DNA from: Candidatus Peregrinibacteria bacterium CG_4_10_14_0_2_um_filter_43_11
GTDB lineage: Bacteria > Patescibacteriota > Gracilibacteria > UM-FILTER-43-11
Direction: 5' to 3'
DNA length: 40,972 bases
Assembly: GCA_002792495.1 (NCBI GenBank)
Contig: PFOK01000062.1
Location: 1 to 40,972, forward strand
The notes beneath the pieces were generated by a model. The model saw only the letters and a list, made by a program, of their open reading frames with translations. It had not been told where the DNA came from and ran no database searches. Of the stretch, positions 24,569-33,014 are shown one piece after another. The number at the start of each line of letters is the position of its first letter. The first letter of the stretch is position 1. The position numbers were made by a program, and so were the translations under genes.

Positions 24569-26836
24569 TTACTTCTGATACACCACCATATTGTTCATCT
24601 GAATCATTTTCATGCGGAATATGGTTTCGGCCACTTCGGCGCGCGTCATTCCGTTGTTGGGATACAGCTTATTTCCGTTGGTATCGATGATGTTTTTTTG
24701 GTTGGCCATGTAGGCGTAGGGCGAAAACCAAGAGTATTTCGGAACGTCGAGATAAGGAGCCGAAACAATAGAGGCGGATAATTTCATACTTGTTGTTTCG
24801 AATAAAATTTTAAGATATTCGGCACGATTGACGGTTTGTGCCGGTTTAAAAGTGCCGTCGGGGTATCCTTTCACGATTTCTTTTTGGATGGCTGTCGCGA
24901 GTGTTCCCGCATACCAGGCGTTATTTTCCGTATCGGAAAAGGGGAGTGATCCGTTCACGCCGCTTTCCACATTGAAAGCGAGCATCAGCATTTTTAGAGC
25001 TTCCACACGGTTGACGGTTTTTGCGGGCTGGAAAGAGCCGTCTTGGTAACCATTAATGACACCTTCTTCTTTTAGATATTTTATGGCTTCATAATTTGGA
25101 TGCCCCAATTTGATGTCGTTAAAAGGTCGGCTGTCCTCTTGTGTTAGCGGGTCACTTTCTCCAACCAATGCGCCGTTTTGCGCACGCAGGCGGATCCGTG
25201 TGTTTTCGCCCAATGATTTGATTCTGAAGGTGGCTATTCCATTTATGAAATCACGTGCGTTTAAACGATTGGGGGTAATGGTTGCTTTGCCTTCAGTTGC
25301 GGTTATTGCCACCTCTCCGCTAAAATTCACCGAGGAGGTGGGATTCCCTTCGCTGTCCACGGCGATGAGTTTTATCACTTCCACCATTCCCTTCTGAAAG
25401 TGGCCGTCATGTTCGAACTTCAATGCGGTGGTATTTGCCACTTTTTCAATGAAGGTGATTTGATGAGCCGCTCTGCCGATGAGCACATTGCCGATTCCCG
25501 CTGTACCGCTTTTAACGACCACATCTGCCGTTCCGTTTTTGAAATCGGATTTTTTGAGAAGAGGCTGAAGACTGTTTCCTACACCACTCACCTGAACCTT
25601 GATGATGTCATTTTCCCCTAAAGTATTCAATTGATTCTGTTCGTCGGTGACGATGATGCGCACTCCATTATTGATCAGGCTGACTGTTTCGCCGGATAGC
25701 TTAAAAATCAGTAAAGAGGTATCGACTTTGTCATTCTGAATCGGTTCGATGATTTCCACAGTATTTGGCTCCACGATCGTTGTCGGTGTTTCTTCCGGTT
25801 TCGTAACCTCGGTGATGGTAATGATTTCCGACTCTTTGTCGGATTCATTGGTCTGAACGGCTCCTACGGTGTTGGCGGCTATGGCTGAGCTGCTTAAAAT
25901 AGTATTTGTGCCAAGATATTTCAACGAGAAGGTCATGGGATTTAAGGTCATCTCTTTTGCCTTTCCTATTCCCAATCCCGCGTTTATGGCTTCAAAAAAG
26001 CTCAGACCGGCGTCTTGGGATTCCTGCCATGTAAAAGGCCAATAGGGGTGCCATGGTGCGGAATCACGGTCGATTTGAAAATGCAAGTGCGGGCTGCTGG
26101 CGGTTCCTGTACTTCCGCTGGTTCCGATCAGATCTCCTTTGAGTACATTTTGACCTTCTACTACGTTGATGTCGCCTAAGTGATTGTAGCTTGAATAAAT
26201 GGTGGTGGTTTTTCCCGGATTGTCAGAATCCGGCACATCGATGTGTTTGATCACGATGTGGTGTCCAAAACCGTCACTTTGCATGGATGTTTTAATCACT
26301 TTTCCGTTCGCAATTGCATGGACGGGTGTTCCCGAAGGAACACGGATATCCACCGCCAAATGACTGCCGGAGTTTTCGTAGCGACTTCCATTGTAATCCC
26401 CCAAATAAACAACGGGGTAAGTGATTTTTGTATTCCGTATTAGGTCCTGCGCGTGGTTTCCCCATTGCAATTGGTCATCCGGGAATTCCAGTACGGATAG
26501 GTCGTAAGGAGGCAATGAAATTAAATCCTGAGGAGCGATTTCGTTGTAAACGGCTGTGTAATGATCCCCACTCCAGTTGCTCCAATCCGGTATTTTTTCT
26601 ATGGGTAAAACGGTTCCGTCAAAAGATTCCGGTATTTCTAAAACGCTTGCCTTAAACCAATCTCCGGTTTGGTTTTTATAATAAACCAGTACCGTTAAAA
26701 GAATGGTTGCTATTGCAAGTCCCGTGTATTTTAAAATCATTTGCCATCGCGCGGGAATCCACTGTGTTTTTGAGATACGTACACTTTTTTTGCTTTGACG
26801 GATCTTGCGAATGTGAAATAGTTTTTTTGCTGTCAT
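24569..26836 (-). CDS. Membrane-anchored M23 (LytM-type) metallopeptidase with Ig-like middle region and three C-terminal SLH repeats
   Basis: The N-terminal TM helix is YTGLAIATILLTVLVYY. The M23 motifs are HLAVDIRVPSGTPVHAIANGKV (HxxxD) and SPHLHFQI (HxH). The C-terminus has three repeats of the type F.D......Y.AI..L.E.G...GY.DG.F.P...V.RAE, which is SLH-like. Confidence 0.88.
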   Translation of the reverse strand: MTAKKLFHIRKIRQSKKSVRISKTQWIPARWQMILKYTGLAIATILLTVLVYYKNQTGDWFKASVLEIPESFDGTVLPIEKIPDWSNWSGDHYTAVYNEIAPQDLISLPPYDLSVLEFPDDQLQWGNHAQDLIRNTKITYPVVYLGDYNGSRYENSGSHLAVDIRVPSGTPVHAIANGKVIKTSMQSDGFGHHIVIKHIDVPDSDNPGKTTTIYSSYNHLGDINVVEGQNVLKGDLIGTSGSTGTASSPHLHFQIDRDSAPWHPYWPFTWQESQDAGLSFFEAINAGLGIGKAKEMTLNPMTFSLKYLGTNTILSSSAIAANTVGAVQTNESDKESEIITITEVTKPEETPTTIVEPNTVEIIEPIQNDKVDTSLLIFKLSGETVSLINNGVRIIVTDEQNQLNTLGENDIIKVQVSGVGNSLQPLLKKSDFKNGTADVVVKSGTAGIGNVLIGRAAHQITFIEKVANTTALKFEHDGHFQKGMVEVIKLIAVDSEGNPTSSVNFSGEVAITATEGKATITPNRLNARDFINGIATFRIKSLGENTRIRLRAQNGALVGESDPLTQEDSRPFNDIKLGHPNYEAIKYLKEEGVINGYQDGSFQPAKTVNRVEALKMLMLAFNVESGVNGSLPFSDTENNAWYAGTLATAIQKEIVKGYPDGTFKPAQTVNRAEYLKILFETTSMKLSASIVSAPYLDVPKYSWFSPYAYMANQKNIIDTNGNKLYPNNGMTRAEVAETIFRMKMIQMNNMVVYQK

Positions 26837-26865
26837 CGGTTTTGGTGTTTATTTTTTGCAGATGG

Positions 26866-26894
26866 TTGCCTAAAGTCCTTTAAAATCTTATTAT
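26866..26894 (+). promoter_or_regulatory. Candidate recF promoter TTGCCT-17-TATTAT
   Basis: The sequence reads ttgcct aaagtcctttaaaatct tattat. The -10 ends 26 nt before the recF ATG. It interlocks with the divergent promoter below. Confidence 0.4.
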
Positions 26895-26921
26895 TATAGC
26901 AAAAAATCACCCAAAGATCAA
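26893..26921 (-). promoter_or_regulatory. Candidate promoter TTGATC-17-TATAAT (extended TG) for the M23 peptidase gene
   Basis: The minus strand reads ttgatc tttgggtgattttttgc tataat. Its -35 overlaps the first base of the recF ATG, and its -10 overlaps the recF -10 on the other strand. Confidence 0.45.
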
Positions 26922-28015
26922 TGCGTTTAAGACATTTAACACTCAAAGGCTTTCGTAATTTTAAAGAGATTGAATTCGATTTCGACCTTAAAACGCCTTT
27001 GGTTGTTTTTGTCGGTCCCAACGGTCAGGGAAAAACCAATTTACTGGAAGCCATTTTTTTGTGTGGGCTTTCAAAGTCCTTTCGTACCAGTGATTTTTCT
27101 GACCTCATTGGTTTTGATGACGAGTTTTGTCGTCTTGAAATTGAAACGGAATCCGAAGATTCATTTCGTAATAATTCTCTTCGGCTTGAGTTTATCGCGA
27201 CTCGTGTTCCTCCTAAAAAAACACTCAAGTTGAATGGAGTGATTAAAAACGCGATGGATTTTATAGGGAACTTGCCGGTTGTCTTTTTTTCTCCGGACGA
27301 CATGACCAACCTTCGTGATGCCCCTCGCTTTAGAAGACGCTACTTGGATGTAATGATGTCACAATTGGATCGTCATTATTTACAGATATTATTGGAGTAT
27401 GACCACGCTCTCCGTCATCGAAATGCCCTTCTCAAACGCATAAGAGATCAAAAATCCGATAAAAATGAACTTGATTTTTGGGATGCTAAATTGGCGGATT
27501 TGGCCAAAAAAATCATTGCCGAGCGGGAGAAATCGGTTCAACAATTGGTCGCTATCACTGTGCGTCATTATCAAATCATTGCGCAGAAAGACGATGCCCT
27601 CATTATGAAATACAAACGTTTTGTCCGTCCCGATGATTACTTGAAACAATTGGAAGCTGAACGCGATCGGGATATCGCTACAGGCCATACGCATTCAGGG
27701 CCGCATCGCGATGATCTTTCTTTTTTATGCAACGACCATGATATGAAAGAGTTCGCATCACGCGGGGAATGGCGTAGCCTTGTATTGGCACTTAAATTCG
27801 CGGAGATGGAACTGATGCGGAAAGTTCTTAAAACAACCCCTCTTTTGCTTTTGGATGATGTGTTTTCGGAATTGGATCATTTGCGGCAACAGTATTTATT
27901 TGAAGGGCTTGAAGGTGTGCAGACGTTTGTAACGACGACTCATGTTGAATTTTTGGAAGGGCTTGATTTTAAAAAAACGATTTATCGGATCAACGAAGGA
28001 AGGGGTGAGATATGA
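26921..28015 (+). CDS. recF: DNA replication and repair protein RecF
   Basis: MRLRHLTLKGFRNF...FVGPNGQGKTNLLEAI carries the Walker A motif. The signature/Walker B region is LLLLDDVFSELD. The length (364 aa) is typical. Confidence 0.92.
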   Translation: MRLRHLTLKGFRNFKEIEFDFDLKTPLVVFVGPNGQGKTNLLEAIFLCGLSKSFRTSDFSDLIGFDDEFCRLEIETESEDSFRNNSLRLEFIATRVPPKKTLKLNGVIKNAMDFIGNLPVVFFSPDDMTNLRDAPRFRRRYLDVMMSQLDRHYLQILLEYDHALRHRNALLKRIRDQKSDKNELDFWDAKLADLAKKIIAEREKSVQQLVAITVRHYQIIAQKDDALIMKYKRFVRPDDYLKQLEAERDRDIATGHTHSGPHRDDLSFLCNDHDMKEFASRGEWRSLVLALKFAEMELMRKVLKTTPLLLLDDVFSELDHLRQQYLFEGLEGVQTFVTTTHVEFLEGLDFKKTIYRINEGRGEI

Positions 28016-28343
28016 TTCCTGTTCTTAAAAAAGGCGGGTGATTTTTAAACCTTTTAATCATTTGACATTATATTTTTAGGGATAATTTAAATTTTTGGTG
28101 CTTTTTTCAGGAATTTCCCGGAAAAACATTCATCATTTTTTTCTTCGTTTTTTGCTAAGCCCGCGGTGTATTTTGAGTTTGTTTTTCCTGTGGGCAAATG
28201 ATCCGTCACAGCTGTTGGTTGTATTGGGAATATTGAGTTCGTGGAATTTGAGGTATGTGAAAAACCAGGATAGGTTGGTGATGAGCGAACGGTAGACGCT
28301 ACGAAGGTGGTGGTGGATGTAATGGTAACGTTGTGTTGAGGGG

Positions 28344-29858
28344 TTGGCGCAACCGGAAAAATGTCCGGATTGCCGCTTGCAGAATTTAATGGCTTATCGA
28401 AATGAGAGATCGTTTCACAGAAGACAGTGTGACAAGTGCAAGAAAAATATTATTTCTATTTTCGCAGAATCCGCGCCATGCCCTGTTTATTGCAGAGAAT
28501 GTTGGCGGGGGGATGGTTGGGAAGCCCTCGATTACGGAAGGGGTTTTGATTTTGGAAAGCCTTTTTTTGAACAGTATTTTGAGTTGATGAAAGTGGTTCC
28601 GCAACTCTTTATGGTCAACGCGCTTGGAGAGAATGTGGACTATTCCAATTACGGCTATCGAAACAAAAATTGTTATCTTCTCATCTCAAGTGATGATTGT
28701 GAGGATTGTTATTTCGGAAATTACCTATGGAATTCCAAAAATTGCATGGATTGCTTGTATGTCACAAACAGTCAGGTTTGTTATGAGCTAACGGATAGCC
28801 ATAATTGCTACCATTGTTTTTATTCCGATGAGCTCGAAAACTGCAACGATTGTTTTTTCTCATACGATCTTAAGGGCTGCCAGAATTGCGTTGGGTGCAT
28901 TGGCCTGCGTCACAAATCTTATTGTTGGTTCAATGAGCAGCTTTTGGAAGAAGGATTTAAAGCGAAATTAAAGGATTTAAATGCAAATGATCCATCCCAT
29001 TGGGTGAGTAAATTAAAAGAAAGGAAAGGGGATGTATTTCATCGTTCTACGACCACTGTGAATTGCGAAGATTGTCTTGGAGATCACATAAAAGACTGCA
29101 AAAACGCAAAATTTTGTTTTGATAGCTATGGCCTTGAGGATTCCAAATTCATCGTCAATGGTCCGGGGCAAATCAAAAATTGTTATGATTTTTGTGGGGC
29201 CAAAGAGCTCGAAGCCTCGTATCAGGGAATTTCCACAGGAGGCCCGGGGATAAATTTACTGTTTAATAATCATGCCTGGTCGGGTTGCGCGAATGTCATT
29301 TATGGATCTTTCAACGTGGCTTCTCAATATTTATTTGGCTGTGCGGGGGTAAGGCACAAAAAATACTGTATTTTGAACAAGCAATACTCCAAGGAGGTTT
29401 ACGAGGAATTGGCACCGAAAATCATTGAGCATATGTCTGCCTCCGGAGAATGGGGTGAATTTTTCCCGATCCGATTTGCTTTTTTCCACTACAACGAAAC
29501 ACTGGCAAATGATTTATTCCCTTTAGATAAAGAGGCGGTTCTCAAAAGAGGATGGAAATTCAGAGAAGAAGAGGGTGTAAAAGGTGCCCCTGTTCAGGAA
29601 AGGGTTAAAAAATGCGCTGACTGTGGAAAGAACTATAAAATGATCGATCACGAACTTCACTTTTATCAGAACGAGGGGTTGGCGCAACCGGAAAAATGTC
29701 CGGATTGCCGACACAAAATACGAATGAATAAAAGAAATCCCTACAAACTATGGAAAAGACAGTGTGGCAAATGCGGAACAGAAATATTAAGCACTTACGC
29801 TTCACAGCGCCCCGAAAAAATTTGCTGTCAGCAATGTTATTTATCTGGCACATATTGA
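28344..29858 (+). CDS. Cysteine-rich multi-zinc-ribbon protein, paralog 3, apparently lacking the first ~30 aa of the family (non-ATG start or 5'-truncated gene)
   Basis: The frame opens after a TAA at 28326-28328, and no ATG occurs before 28389. The ORF track uses TTG at 28344. The protein starts inside the N-terminal module (..PEKCPDCRLQNLMAYRNERSFHRRQCDKCKK), but the rest is full length and conserved (WGEFFP, HYNETLA, C-terminal RQCGKCGTEILSTY...CCQQCY). Confidence 0.7.
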   Translation: MAQPEKCPDCRLQNLMAYRNERSFHRRQCDKCKKNIISIFAESAPCPVYCRECWRGDGWEALDYGRGFDFGKPFFEQYFELMKVVPQLFMVNALGENVDYSNYGYRNKNCYLLISSDDCEDCYFGNYLWNSKNCMDCLYVTNSQVCYELTDSHNCYHCFYSDELENCNDCFFSYDLKGCQNCVGCIGLRHKSYCWFNEQLLEEGFKAKLKDLNANDPSHWVSKLKERKGDVFHRSTTTVNCEDCLGDHIKDCKNAKFCFDSYGLEDSKFIVNGPGQIKNCYDFCGAKELEASYQGISTGGPGINLLFNNHAWSGCANVIYGSFNVASQYLFGCAGVRHKKYCILNKQYSKEVYEELAPKIIEHMSASGEWGEFFPIRFAFFHYNETLANDLFPLDKEAVLKRGWKFREEEGVKGAPVQERVKKCADCGKNYKMIDHELHFYQNEGLAQPEKCPDCRHKIRMNKRNPYKLWKRQCGKCGTEILSTYASQRPEKICCQQCYLSGTY

Positions 29859-29971
29859 TTTTGCACATCACAAAAACCCCTTAGAACTTGAGAAGGTAAT
29901 ATAAAAAAATGGAGCTGTTGTTCAGGGCTGATTTTACTGCGACAATGCTCCGTAGTTTCAACGAAGGAGGA

Positions 29972-30047
29972 TGGAGCCACCACCCGGAATCGAACCGGGG
30001 ACCTCACCCTTACCATGGGTGCGCTCTACCAACTGAGCTATAGCGGC
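29972..30047 (-). tRNA. tRNA-Thr (anticodon GGU), CCA encoded
   Basis: The minus strand reads gccgcta ta gctc agttggta gagc g caccc atGGTaa gggtg aggtc cccgg ttcgatt ccggg tggtggc t cca. This gives a full cloverleaf, with G-U pairs in the acceptor stem. Confidence 0.93.
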
Positions 30048-30070
30048 TTATTTAGAATAAAACAAAAAAC

Positions 30071-30099
30071 AAACTACCGATTTCATTTCTTCAAGTCAA
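30071..30099 (-). promoter_or_regulatory. Candidate tRNA-Thr promoter TTGACT-17-TAGTTT
   Basis: The minus strand reads ttgact tgaagaaatgaaatcgg tagttt. It lies about 23 nt upstream of the mature tRNA 5' end. Confidence 0.45.
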
Positions 30100-30351
30100 G
30101 AATTATTTACAAATAAAAACCCCGCCACTGCCACTTTCTCCATACGTCTTAGATAATTCATAGCTCTAGGTGGGAAAGGCCGGTCCAATGACAATCGGAC
30201 GTAAAACCTATAATCCCTTAAAAGTGCTGATCGAATGTGCGTACAAAGTGTTTTCGGACAATTCAGAGTTTTTATTTTTGTTTTTCTAGCCTTATTGAAT
30301 CAAAATTTTGTTCAAGAATCAACCTTTTTAAATTGACAAAGCGAGAGATGG

Positions 30352-30936
30352 TCATGTTATTAAAAATAACCCTACGGTGATCCATTCATAGCCATACTGC
30401 AAATAAGTTCCAAAAAAGGAAAAACCCATGGCGCCATCCAGCAGGCGATCGGCAATGATCAGCAAAATAAGAAAGAAAGGTCCTTGGGATAAAAAGTGCT
30501 GATACCAATCTTCTTTGGAGCGGGGGATGAAAAATCCCAATAATTTCGATCCGTCCAAGGGGGCTATCGGGATAAGATTGAACAAAAATAGAATGATACT
30601 GAGGCTGTAAATAGCGGAAAGCGCACCTTCAATCGCAAGGGGGGGATGGACATAACGAATCACAATAGCGATCAAAAGGGCGGTTACTAAATTGCTTAAA
30701 GGACCGGCAATAGCAATCAGGGCGGAATCCCGGCACGGATGTTTAAGATTGTTGTAATTAAAAGGAACGGGCTTCCCCCAGCCAAAATGGGCAATGAAAA
30801 TCATAAAAGTCCCCAAGACATCCAAATGTCGCATGGGGTTCAAAGAGACACGTCCGGCCATTTTAGCCGTGGGATCACCCAGCTTATAAGCTACCCACGC
30901 GTGAGCCGCTTCATGAACGGAAATACAAACCGCCAA
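30352..30936 (-). CDS. Site-2 protease family (peptidase M50) membrane metalloprotease
   Basis: HEAAHAWVAYKLGDPTAKMAGRVSLNPMRHLDVLGT is the typical M50/SpoIVFB-like HExxH block, and several TM helices are present. The frame stays open and hydrophobic upstream to 31008 (FYQSVFIHSFFSIIFIYYFYLLIAL) with no ATG or GTG. The TTG at 30936 is therefore probably not the true N-terminus. Confidence 0.8.
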   Translation of the reverse strand: MAVCISVHEAAHAWVAYKLGDPTAKMAGRVSLNPMRHLDVLGTFMIFIAHFGWGKPVPFNYNNLKHPCRDSALIAIAGPLSNLVTALLIAIVIRYVHPPLAIEGALSAIYSLSIILFLFNLIPIAPLDGSKLLGFFIPRSKEDWYQHFLSQGPFFLILLIIADRLLDGAMGFSFFGTYLQYGYEWITVGLFLIT

Positions 30937-31147
30937 CGCGATCAGTAAATAGAAATAATAAATAAAAATAATGGAGAAAAATGAATGAATAAAAACAGAC
31001 TGATAGAATCATAACACTATTATGGGAATTAGAGAAAGAAGGCATTCTACTTGAAATTACAGACCTTCAGATGAATTAAAGTTTCGACTTTGTTTTTATA
31101 AGTTATTATCTATAATGATCACATAATCATTTTCTTCAATCGTATAT

Positions 31148-31239
31148 GGAGAGGTGGCCGAGTGGCTGAAGGCGCCGCTCTCGAAAAGCGGTATTCCGAG
31201 CAATCGGGATCGAGGGTTCAAATCCCTTCCTCTCCGCCA
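31148..31239 (+). tRNA. tRNA-Ser (anticodon CGA), class II with long variable arm, CCA encoded
   Basis: The sequence reads ggagagg tg gcc gagtggctgaa ggc g ccgct ctCGAaa agcgg tattccgagcaatcgggatc gaggg ttcaaat ccctt cctctcc g cca. Confidence 0.93.
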
Positions 31240-31347
31240 GTCTTCGCCCAAAGAGCTGGCCAGTTAGAAGTGATTTGTTGAGCGAAGTGATGCAAACAAT
31301 GTTTTGTGTAAGTAAAAACATTTCAACGAAGTAAAATTGCTAAAAAT

Positions 31348-31446
31348 TCAAGTATCTGTTGCACCACCCAAAGTGATCTCATGAAGAACTTGGTTAGGTG
31401 ATTTAAAGTTAAGGGATTTTCTTGGTCTGTTATTTAGCCTTTCCTG
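31348..31446 (-). mobile_element. Remnant of an IS30-family transposase gene (C-terminal ~32 codons only)
   Basis: The minus strand translates to QERLNNRPRKSLNFKSPNQVLHEITLGGATDT*. LN.RPRK.L.(F/Y)K(S/T)P is the conserved C-terminal signature of IS30 transposases. An in-frame TGA (31447-31449) lies immediately upstream, and no catalytic DDE region is present. Confidence 0.6.
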
Positions 31447-31459
31447 TCACAAAATTAGA

Positions 31460-31488
31460 TTGACCATATTACAAACAATCTGTAGAAT
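31460..31488 (+). promoter_or_regulatory. Promoter TTGACC-17-TAGAAT for the S1-domain gene
   Basis: The sequence reads ttgacc atattacaaacaatctg tagaat with exact 17-nt spacing. The predicted 5' UTR is about 125 nt, to the ATG at 31620. Confidence 0.55.
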
Positions 31489-31619
31489 ATCTTCGCTGTT
31501 GAACTTGATATTCCTTATTGCAGAGGAATGTGAATTCATTCGCGCTTTATTTATTAACCTTACTGCTTCGTTTTTGTATGCCTATTCAATTGGCATAAAA
31601 AAACAAAAGGCGGTAAAAA

Positions 31620-32942
31620 ATGTTTATGTTTAAAATTATTGACGAAAATTTAACGATGGAAGAACTGCTGAGAGATTCAGCAGACGTTGTTAAGCCAAAA
31701 TTAGGTTCCGTGATTGAAGGCTGTGTGATCAGTATGAAGAAAAATCATCTCGTTGTGGATCTGAATGGAGTTGCCGTGGGAATTGCCTCCGGAAAAGACA
31801 CACACGACAGTTTTGGAACCATGAAAGAACTGAAAGAGGGGGATATGGTCAAAGCCGTAGTGATCCAGGATGAGAATGAACACGGAATGGTTGTACTTTC
31901 GCTTAGAAAGGCTTCCCAATCTGCACGATGGGATCGTTTTGAAGCATGTTACAAGACCGGAGAAATGATTGAAGTAATGGTGAGTCAGGCGAACAAAGGA
32001 GGTTTGCTTTTGGATATTGATGGCATCAAAGGATTTATCCCTGTTTCTCAGCTGGCTCCTGTGCATTACCCACGTGTGGAAGGCGCCAACACCACTCAAA
32101 TTTTAACGCGTTTGCAGAAATTGGTCGGCGTTAAATTGAACGTAAAAGTCATTAACATCGATCGCGAAAGTGGGAAAATGATTTTATCCGAAAAGGCCGC
32201 TCAGCAGGAGGAATCACGTGACGCGCTTTCTAAGTTGATACCGGGTAGTCATGTCGTTGGTAAAATCAGTGGTGTGGTTAAATTCGGTATTTTTGTCACA
32301 TTCGAAGGTTTGGAGGGTCTTGTCCACATTTCGGAAATTGCCTGGGGGCATGTTAGCGATCCTCATCAATACGCTAAAGTGGGCGACAAGGTGGAAGTGG
32401 AAGTCATTGGCATTGAAGGCGATAAGCTCTCTTTGAGTATGAAACGATTGACTCCAGATCCATGGCAAAAAATCGCCGAGAGTTATCCCATTGGTTCCAC
32501 CGTAAAAGGAGTGATCAATCGCTTCTCGCCTTTTGGTGCCTTTGTACAACTTAAAGACGATATCAACGGTTTGATACACCTTTCCGAAATCGCAGACAGC
32601 AAAGTGGATGACCCCGAAGATTTTCTTACTGTCGGAGAAGAAGTGGAAGCCAAAGTTATCAATATCGATCGTGATGAACACCGTATCGGTTTGAGCTTGA
32701 AGGGAATGGGCATCAAGAAGAAAGCCAAAAAGAAAGTGGAAAAAGAAGAAGGGGGTGAGGAAACCGCAGAAGAAGTAAAAAAAGACAAGCCGGCAAAGAA
32801 AGGTAAAAAAGAAGAAGTGAAAGAGGAGGTGGCCGAAACAGTTGTTTTAGAAGATACAGAAACTTCAAAAGAAGAAGATAAAGAGGAAAAACCTAAGAAA
32901 AAAGTGACTAAAAAGAAGAAAGAAGAAGCGGAAGAAAAATAA
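31620..32942 (+). CDS. rpsA: S1 RNA-binding domain protein (ribosomal protein S1-like, four S1 repeats) with Lys/Glu-rich tail
   Basis: There are four repeats of the S1 OB-fold pattern: G.V..G.V......G..V.L.....G..H.SE. Examples are GSHVVGKISGVVKFGIFVTFEGLEGLVHISEI and GSTVKGVINRFSPFGAFVQL. The last ~80 aa are K/E-rich and low complexity. Confidence 0.8.
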   Translation: MFMFKIIDENLTMEELLRDSADVVKPKLGSVIEGCVISMKKNHLVVDLNGVAVGIASGKDTHDSFGTMKELKEGDMVKAVVIQDENEHGMVVLSLRKASQSARWDRFEACYKTGEMIEVMVSQANKGGLLLDIDGIKGFIPVSQLAPVHYPRVEGANTTQILTRLQKLVGVKLNVKVINIDRESGKMILSEKAAQQEESRDALSKLIPGSHVVGKISGVVKFGIFVTFEGLEGLVHISEIAWGHVSDPHQYAKVGDKVEVEVIGIEGDKLSLSMKRLTPDPWQKIAESYPIGSTVKGVINRFSPFGAFVQLKDDINGLIHLSEIADSKVDDPEDFLTVGEEVEAKVINIDRDEHRIGLSLKGMGIKKKAKKKVEKEEGGEETAEEVKKDKPAKKGKKEEVKEEVAETVVLEDTETSKEEDKEEKPKKKVTKKKKEEAEEK

Positions 32943-32955
32943 TCTCGAATAATTC

Positions 32956-32988
32956 AAAAAGACGGCTTTGATCAAAGCCGTCTTTTTT
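32956..32988 (+). terminator. Rho-independent terminator after the S1 gene
   Basis: The sequence aaaaa gacggctttg at caaagccgtc tttttt forms a perfect 10-bp stem followed by a T6 run. It lies 14 nt after the stop codon. Confidence 0.85.
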
Positions 32989-33014
32989 ATATTCACTTTT
33001 TTGTATCATTTTCG

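Noticed and set aside
26833-27021. 62-aa minus-strand ORF spanning the M23/recF divergent promoter region
   Set aside because: It overlaps the recF start and both predicted promoters. It is basic and low in complexity, and nothing supports it.
28095-28295. 66-aa plus-strand ORF upstream of paralog 3
   Set aside because: Its composition is hydrophobic/Arg-rich and lacks features, it has no RBS or promoter context, and it lies in the suspected 5' scar of paralog 3. An S/T-rich open frame on the opposite strand also lacks any start codon.
30172-30186. gggaaaggccggtcc, reminiscent of the RNase P RNA P4 motif GGAAAGUCCGGGC
   Set aside because: The match is imperfect. The surrounding spacer is too short (about 290 nt), and it lacks the other conserved RNase P helices and the ACAGAAnnCGGCUUA-type 3' motif.
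31136-31321. 61-aa minus-strand ORF
   Set aside because: It is antisense to, and almost fully overlaps, tRNA-Ser(CGA).
31447-31449. In-frame TGA in the IS30 remnant as a hint of TGA recoding (genetic code 4 or 25)
   Set aside because: TGA clearly terminates priA, recF, rmuC, the M50 protease gene and paralog 3 at their expected protein ends, and it forms the ATGA overlap at 12092. The host therefore uses the standard code, and the TGA is a decay mutation.
32214-32788. Minus-strand ORFs of 155 and 101 aa inside the S1-domain gene
   Set aside because: The sense frame shows four clear S1 repeats, so these are antisense shadows.
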